Below, one piece after another: positions 60,475 to 64,000 of a DNA stretch of 64,000 nucleotides. The stretch spans positions 4,422 to 68,421 of the forward strand of contig JAJAYZ010000038.1 in the NCBI GenBank assembly GCA_027118455.1, in the 5' to 3' direction. Every line of letters begins with the position of its first letter. Position 1 is the stretch's first letter. The notes beneath the pieces are model-generated. The model was not told the origin of the DNA, searched no databases, and saw only the letters and a program-made list of their open reading frames with translations. This stretch comes from Actinomycetes bacterium. Lineage in GTDB: Bacteria; Actinomycetota; Actinomycetes; JAHEKZ01. The translations under genes were made by a program, and so were the position numbers.

Positions 60475-62127
60475 GTGGAGACCACAGAGTTCAGCGGCGC
60501 GCCGCACGGTGATGACTCTCGCCCCGACGCTGCAGCACCAGGCTCGGACGCGGGGTTCTTCAGTCCAGCGCCAGCCCCCACGACAACCGACGAGCCAGAT
60601 ACCGAGTATGTGTCAGAAGCCGTCGCCGAAGTCGCTCCAGAGGCCGGCCAGGACCCCGCCGTTGACTCGGTGCCCAGCTTTGACCCCACATCTTTTAATG
60701 CCGGTTCGTTGCTGGCTCCTGAGGAGGCGGTACCGGACAACGCCGCGGCGTTGCCGATGTCGCTGGCCATCGCCGCTGAAGAAGCGGCCACCGTCGACGT
60801 CGCGAGTGAGCCGGAACCAGCCTCCTTCGACTACCAGGCTTTCCACGGTGACCAGGGCGGCGCTGCGGAACAGGGCGTGGCTGCGGTCGACGAGCCTCCG
60901 AGTGGGGCTGACGAGGGGTTGAGCGCAGCCGTGGAAGCGGCATCAGAGCCTGAGTACGTGCAGGCATACGCCGTCCCCGAGCAGATGGTGGAACTTGCTG
61001 ACGCGGAGTCCGAAGAGATCGCCTACTCGCGCGCCTCCACTGAACCGTCGCTGGCTGGGGACGAGATCGTCCTGGTCGAGTTGCTGCTGCACATGCTCGA
61101 GATGGGTGCATCAGACCTGCACATCACCGCAGGCGCCCGTCCTGCGATCCGGGTCAACGGTGAGCTGGCCCAGATGGACCAGTACCCCGTCCTGACGCCT
61201 CCGGTCATCCAGCGGGTGATGTACGCCGCAATCACCCAGCGCCAGCGAGAGGTTTTTGAAGAGGAGTTCGAGCTCGACTTCGCCTACTCCGTACCAGGAC
61301 GGGCCCGCTTCCGAGTGAACATGTACCGCCAGCGGGACTCCGTCGGTGCTGCCTTCCGCATCATCCCCTTCGAGATCAAGAAGCTCGAGGATCTCGGTGT
61401 GCCGACCCAGGTGGCCAACTTCGCGGCCCTACCGCGTGGGTTTGTCCTCGTCACCGGTCCGACCGGTTCTGGGAAGTCGACGACGCTGGCATCGCTGCTC
61501 GACCTGGCGAATCGGCAGCGCAAAGAACACATCATGACGTGTGAGGACCCGATCGAGTTCTTGCACCGCCACCAGTTGAGCCTGGTCAACCAGCGCGAGG
61601 TCGGCGAGGACACCAAGTCGTTCAAGAACGCCCTCAAGCACGTTCTGCGTCAAGACCCCGACATCATTCTCGTCGGTGAGATGCGTGACCTCGAGACGAT
61701 CGGGGTGGCGCTGACCGCCGCAGAGACTGGACACCTCGTCTACGCGACGCTGCACACCCAGGACGCCGCCCAGACGATCGACCGCATCATCGACGTCTTC
61801 CCGCCGCACCAGCAGCAGCAGGTGCGTGCTCAGCTCGCCCAGTCACTGCAAGGGGTGGTCTGCCAGACCCTGGCCCGCACCACCGACGGCAAGGGGCGGG
61901 TGGTGGCTTGCGAGATCTTGGTGGCTACCCCGGCGATCCGGAACCTGATCCGTGAGGGGAAGACCCACCAGATCTACAGCGCGATGCAGGCCGGAACCAA
62001 GTTCGGCATGCAGACCATGGACCAGCATCTGGCCGATCTCGTCAACAAGGGACGCATCACTTACGAGACCGGTACCGAGAAGTGCCACCACATCGAAGAC
62101 TTCAACCGGCTGACCGGCCGAGGCTGA
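60475..62127 (+). CDS. pilT: Type IV pilus retraction ATPase PilT-like, with a roughly 190-aa acidic low-complexity N-terminal extension
   Basis: Core: IVLVELLLHMLEMGASDLHITAGARPAIRVNGEL, Walker A VTGPTGSGKSTT, ILVGEMRD and the PilT His box ATLHT. GTG at 60475 follows AAGGAGG. The ORF opens at 60361. An internal ATG at 60985 would give a canonical-size PilT. Confidence 0.85.
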   Translation: METTEFSGAPHGDDSRPDAAAPGSDAGFFSPAPAPTTTDEPDTEYVSEAVAEVAPEAGQDPAVDSVPSFDPTSFNAGSLLAPEEAVPDNAAALPMSLAIAAEEAATVDVASEPEPASFDYQAFHGDQGGAAEQGVAAVDEPPSGADEGLSAAVEAASEPEYVQAYAVPEQMVELADAESEEIAYSRASTEPSLAGDEIVLVELLLHMLEMGASDLHITAGARPAIRVNGELAQMDQYPVLTPPVIQRVMYAAITQRQREVFEEEFELDFAYSVPGRARFRVNMYRQRDSVGAAFRIIPFEIKKLEDLGVPTQVANFAALPRGFVLVTGPTGSGKSTTLASLLDLANRQRKEHIMTCEDPIEFLHRHQLSLVNQREVGEDTKSFKNALKHVLRQDPDIILVGEMRDLETIGVALTAAETGHLVYATLHTQDAAQTIDRIIDVFPPHQQQQVRAQLAQSLQGVVCQTLARTTDGKGRVVACEILVATPAIRNLIREGKTHQIYSAMQAGTKFGMQTMDQHLADLVNKGRITYETGTEKCHHIEDFNRLTGRG

Positions 62128-62141
62128 CGGGAGCGTCACTC

Positions 62142-63365
62142 ATGGGAAACACGACTTTCCAGTACCAGGTCAGGGATAAGACCGGAAAGATCGTCTCCGG
62201 CACCCTCGAGGCCGAGTCGCAGTCTGCGGTGGCGCAAAAGCTCACCAGCATGGGCTACGCCACGGTCAGCATCTCCAAGGCCGGCGGCGGGATGAAGACC
62301 GATCTGAAGATTCCCGGCTTCGGCGGCAAGGTCAAGCTCAAGGACCTCTCAATCATGTCGCGCCAGTTTGCCACGATGATCAACTCTGGTCTCTCGCTGC
62401 TTCGTGCCCTTAACATCTTGTCGGAGCAGACACCTAACAAAGTGTTGGCCCAGGTGCTGGCCGAGGTACGTAACGACGTCGAGACGGGTAACCCCCTCTC
62501 CGGCGCACTGGCTTCGCATCCGCGGATCTTCCCGCCGCTGATGGTCAACATGGTGCGCGCCGGTGAGGTCGGCGGCTTCCTTGATGGCGTATTGCTGCAG
62601 ATCGCTGAGAACTACGAGGCCGAGGTCAAGCTGAAAGGCAAGATCAAGAGCGCCATGACCTACCCGGTCGTCGTCTTCGTGATGGCCATCCTGGCTGTCA
62701 CCGGAATGCTGCTCTTCATTGTCCCGGTTTTCGCCAAGATGTTCGAAGGCCTGGGCGCACCACTACCCCTCCCGACCAGGATCTTGGTGATGCTCAGCGA
62801 AATCATCAAGGTCGGGTTCCCATTTATGGTCGTCGGCTTCATCGTCTTCGTCGTGGTGTGGCGCAAGATCAAGCATAAGCAGCAGGTAGCGAACATCCTC
62901 GACCCGATCAAGCTCAAGATGCCGGTATTCGGACCCCTCATGCAGAAGATCGCCCTAAGCCGGTTCACCCGCAACTTCGGAACCATGCTGCAGGCCGGTG
63001 TGCCGATCCTGCAGAGCCTCGACATCGTGGCCGATACATCCGGAAACGTTGTGGTCGCGCGGGCGGTTCGTGACGTCCAGGAGAGTGTGCGCAACGGCGA
63101 GTCGCTGACCGCTCCCCTCTCCCAGCACGCAATCTTCCCACCAATGGTGGTGCAAATGATGTCAGTCGGGGAAGACACTGGACAGCTTGACGAGATGCTT
63201 CACAAGATCTCTGAGTTCTACGACCAAGAGGTTGAAGCGACCACTGAAGCGCTTACCTCCCTGATCGAGCCGCTGATGATCGCCTTTCTCGGTGGGATTG
63301 TCGGCGCAATGATCATCGCCATGTACATGCCCATCTTCAAGGTCTTCGACCTTATCCAGGAGTAA
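62142..63365 (+). CDS. pilC: Type IV pilus inner-membrane platform protein PilC (GspF family)
   Basis: Two T2SSF repeats (..SGLSLLRALNILSEQTPN.. and ..AGVPILQSLDIVADTSGN..). ATG at 62142; the ORF track opens at 62082. Confidence 0.9.
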   Translation: MGNTTFQYQVRDKTGKIVSGTLEAESQSAVAQKLTSMGYATVSISKAGGGMKTDLKIPGFGGKVKLKDLSIMSRQFATMINSGLSLLRALNILSEQTPNKVLAQVLAEVRNDVETGNPLSGALASHPRIFPPLMVNMVRAGEVGGFLDGVLLQIAENYEAEVKLKGKIKSAMTYPVVVFVMAILAVTGMLLFIVPVFAKMFEGLGAPLPLPTRILVMLSEIIKVGFPFMVVGFIVFVVVWRKIKHKQQVANILDPIKLKMPVFGPLMQKIALSRFTRNFGTMLQAGVPILQSLDIVADTSGNVVVARAVRDVQESVRNGESLTAPLSQHAIFPPMVVQMMSVGEDTGQLDEMLHKISEFYDQEVEATTEALTSLIEPLMIAFLGGIVGAMIIAMYMPIFKVFDLIQE

Positions 63366-63590
63366 CGGGTCAGCAACGCGCTAAAGATTGTCGCCGTAGG
63401 GGTCGAAGCAGTAGCTGTAAAGAGCCAACCGGCCAGAAAGGGCACACCTGCCGCGAGGCAGGGTCGCAAAGCCAGGGGACCTTCGTGGTCAGCCCAGCTA
63501 CCTCGGTTGATTGACCACAAATTTTTCGTGGTGGACCACCCAAGGGCGAGCGCCGCACGGCTCACCGCACAGTGGGAAAGGGACAAAGAG

Positions 63591-64000
63591 ATGCTCGCTC
63601 GTATCCGCAAGGCCATGGAAGAGCGTGAGGGTGGCTTCACCCTCATCGAGCTCCTGGTCGTCATCATCATCATCGGCATCCTTGCCGCTATCGCAATTCC
63701 GGTGTTCCTCAACCAGCGCGCCAAGGCAACCGAGGCAGGCATGAAGTCCGACCTGCGCACGGTGGCCAACGAGCTTGAGACCTTCTTCACCGACACGCAG
63801 ACATACCCAGCGACGGCTGCTGTTGCGCAGGCTTCTGCCGGTGCCAACGTGGTCATCACTGGTGGAAACTCGGTCAAGGTTTCTGACCCGTTGACGGCCA
63901 TGGTCTACACCAGGAACGCCGGTGGTCAGTACTACTGCATCCGCGCAACCAATACCAAGGTTTCGAATGTTTGGGGATACGCCAGCAACGCTGGTGGCCT
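63591..64000 (+). CDS. pilA: Type IV pilin (prepilin with class III signal peptide), 3' partial
   Basis: MLARIRKAMEEREGG|FTLIELLVVIIIIGILAAIAIPVFLNQRAK: a G|F cleavage/methylation site, E+5 and a hydrophobic alpha-1 helix. It is absent from the ORF track because it runs off the window. It is preceded by a roughly 225-bp low-GC intergenic region. Confidence 0.85.
   Translation, partial: MLARIRKAMEEREGGFTLIELLVVIIIIGILAAIAIPVFLNQRAKATEAGMKSDLRTVANELETFFTDTQTYPATAAVAQASAGANVVITGGNSVKVSDPLTAMVYTRNAGGQYYCIRATNTKVSNVWGYASNAGG

Noticed and set aside
63218-63901. 227-aa minus-strand ORF
   Set aside because: It overlaps the pilC 3' end, the intergenic region and the pilin gene on the opposite strand. 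The plus-strand pilin has an unmistakable prepilin leader.
1-64000. CRISPR arrays, rRNA and tRNA genes
   Set aside because: No regularly spaced direct repeats of 25-40 bp with unique spacers were seen. No cloverleaf-compatible GTTC..GAAC T-arm or anticodon structures were recognised in the few intergenic regions. This was checked by eye only, so a tRNA could have been missed.

Overview
High-GC (about 70%) actinobacterial chromosome segment with dense, strand-biased coding. The housekeeping backbone runs thrS - HIT - pgsA - PIM acyltransferase - pimA - pdxS/pdxT - yebC - ruvCAB - yajC-secDF - relA - ppiB - hisS - aspS - rarA - alaS - ruvX - mltG - aroE. From memory this matches the Mycobacterium tuberculosis Rv2614c..Rv2552c gene order, and it lets the accessory insertions be delimited. 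Two accessory blocks stand out. (1) Positions 1-18114, running off the left edge, hold a cell-surface glycan biosynthesis locus. It encodes a polyprenyl-phosphate sugar phosphotransferase, two GT4 and three GT2 glycosyltransferases, a Wzy_C/O-antigen-ligase-family membrane protein, a fused ABC exporter, two tandem PAPS-type sulfotransferases, a 758-aa multidomain protein ending in an APH/choline-kinase-like phosphotransferase core, and two exported beta-helix / Ig-like proteins. Taken together this predicts a sulfated, possibly phosphorylated, exopolysaccharide. (2) Positions 55487-64000, running off the right edge, hold a type IV pilus operon: pilB with tandem MshEN-type c-di-GMP-binding motifs, pilT with a long acidic N-terminal extension, pilC and a pilin. 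Immediately upstream of it sits a Roadblock/LC7 - DUF4388(PATAN) - small Ras-like GTPase module of the MglA/MglB or conservon type. Other accessory items are an EF-G paralogue operon with two membrane proteins (one HTTM-like) inserted between HIT and pgsA, and a DUF222/HNH (13E12-type) endonuclease next to ruvC. Several short in-frame tandem repeats give low-complexity tails on PimA, AspS and the Roadblock protein, and a decamer repeat lies in a divergent promoter. I found no rRNA, tRNA or CRISPR array. Gene starts were refined by eye using RBS and frame, and several remain uncertain.
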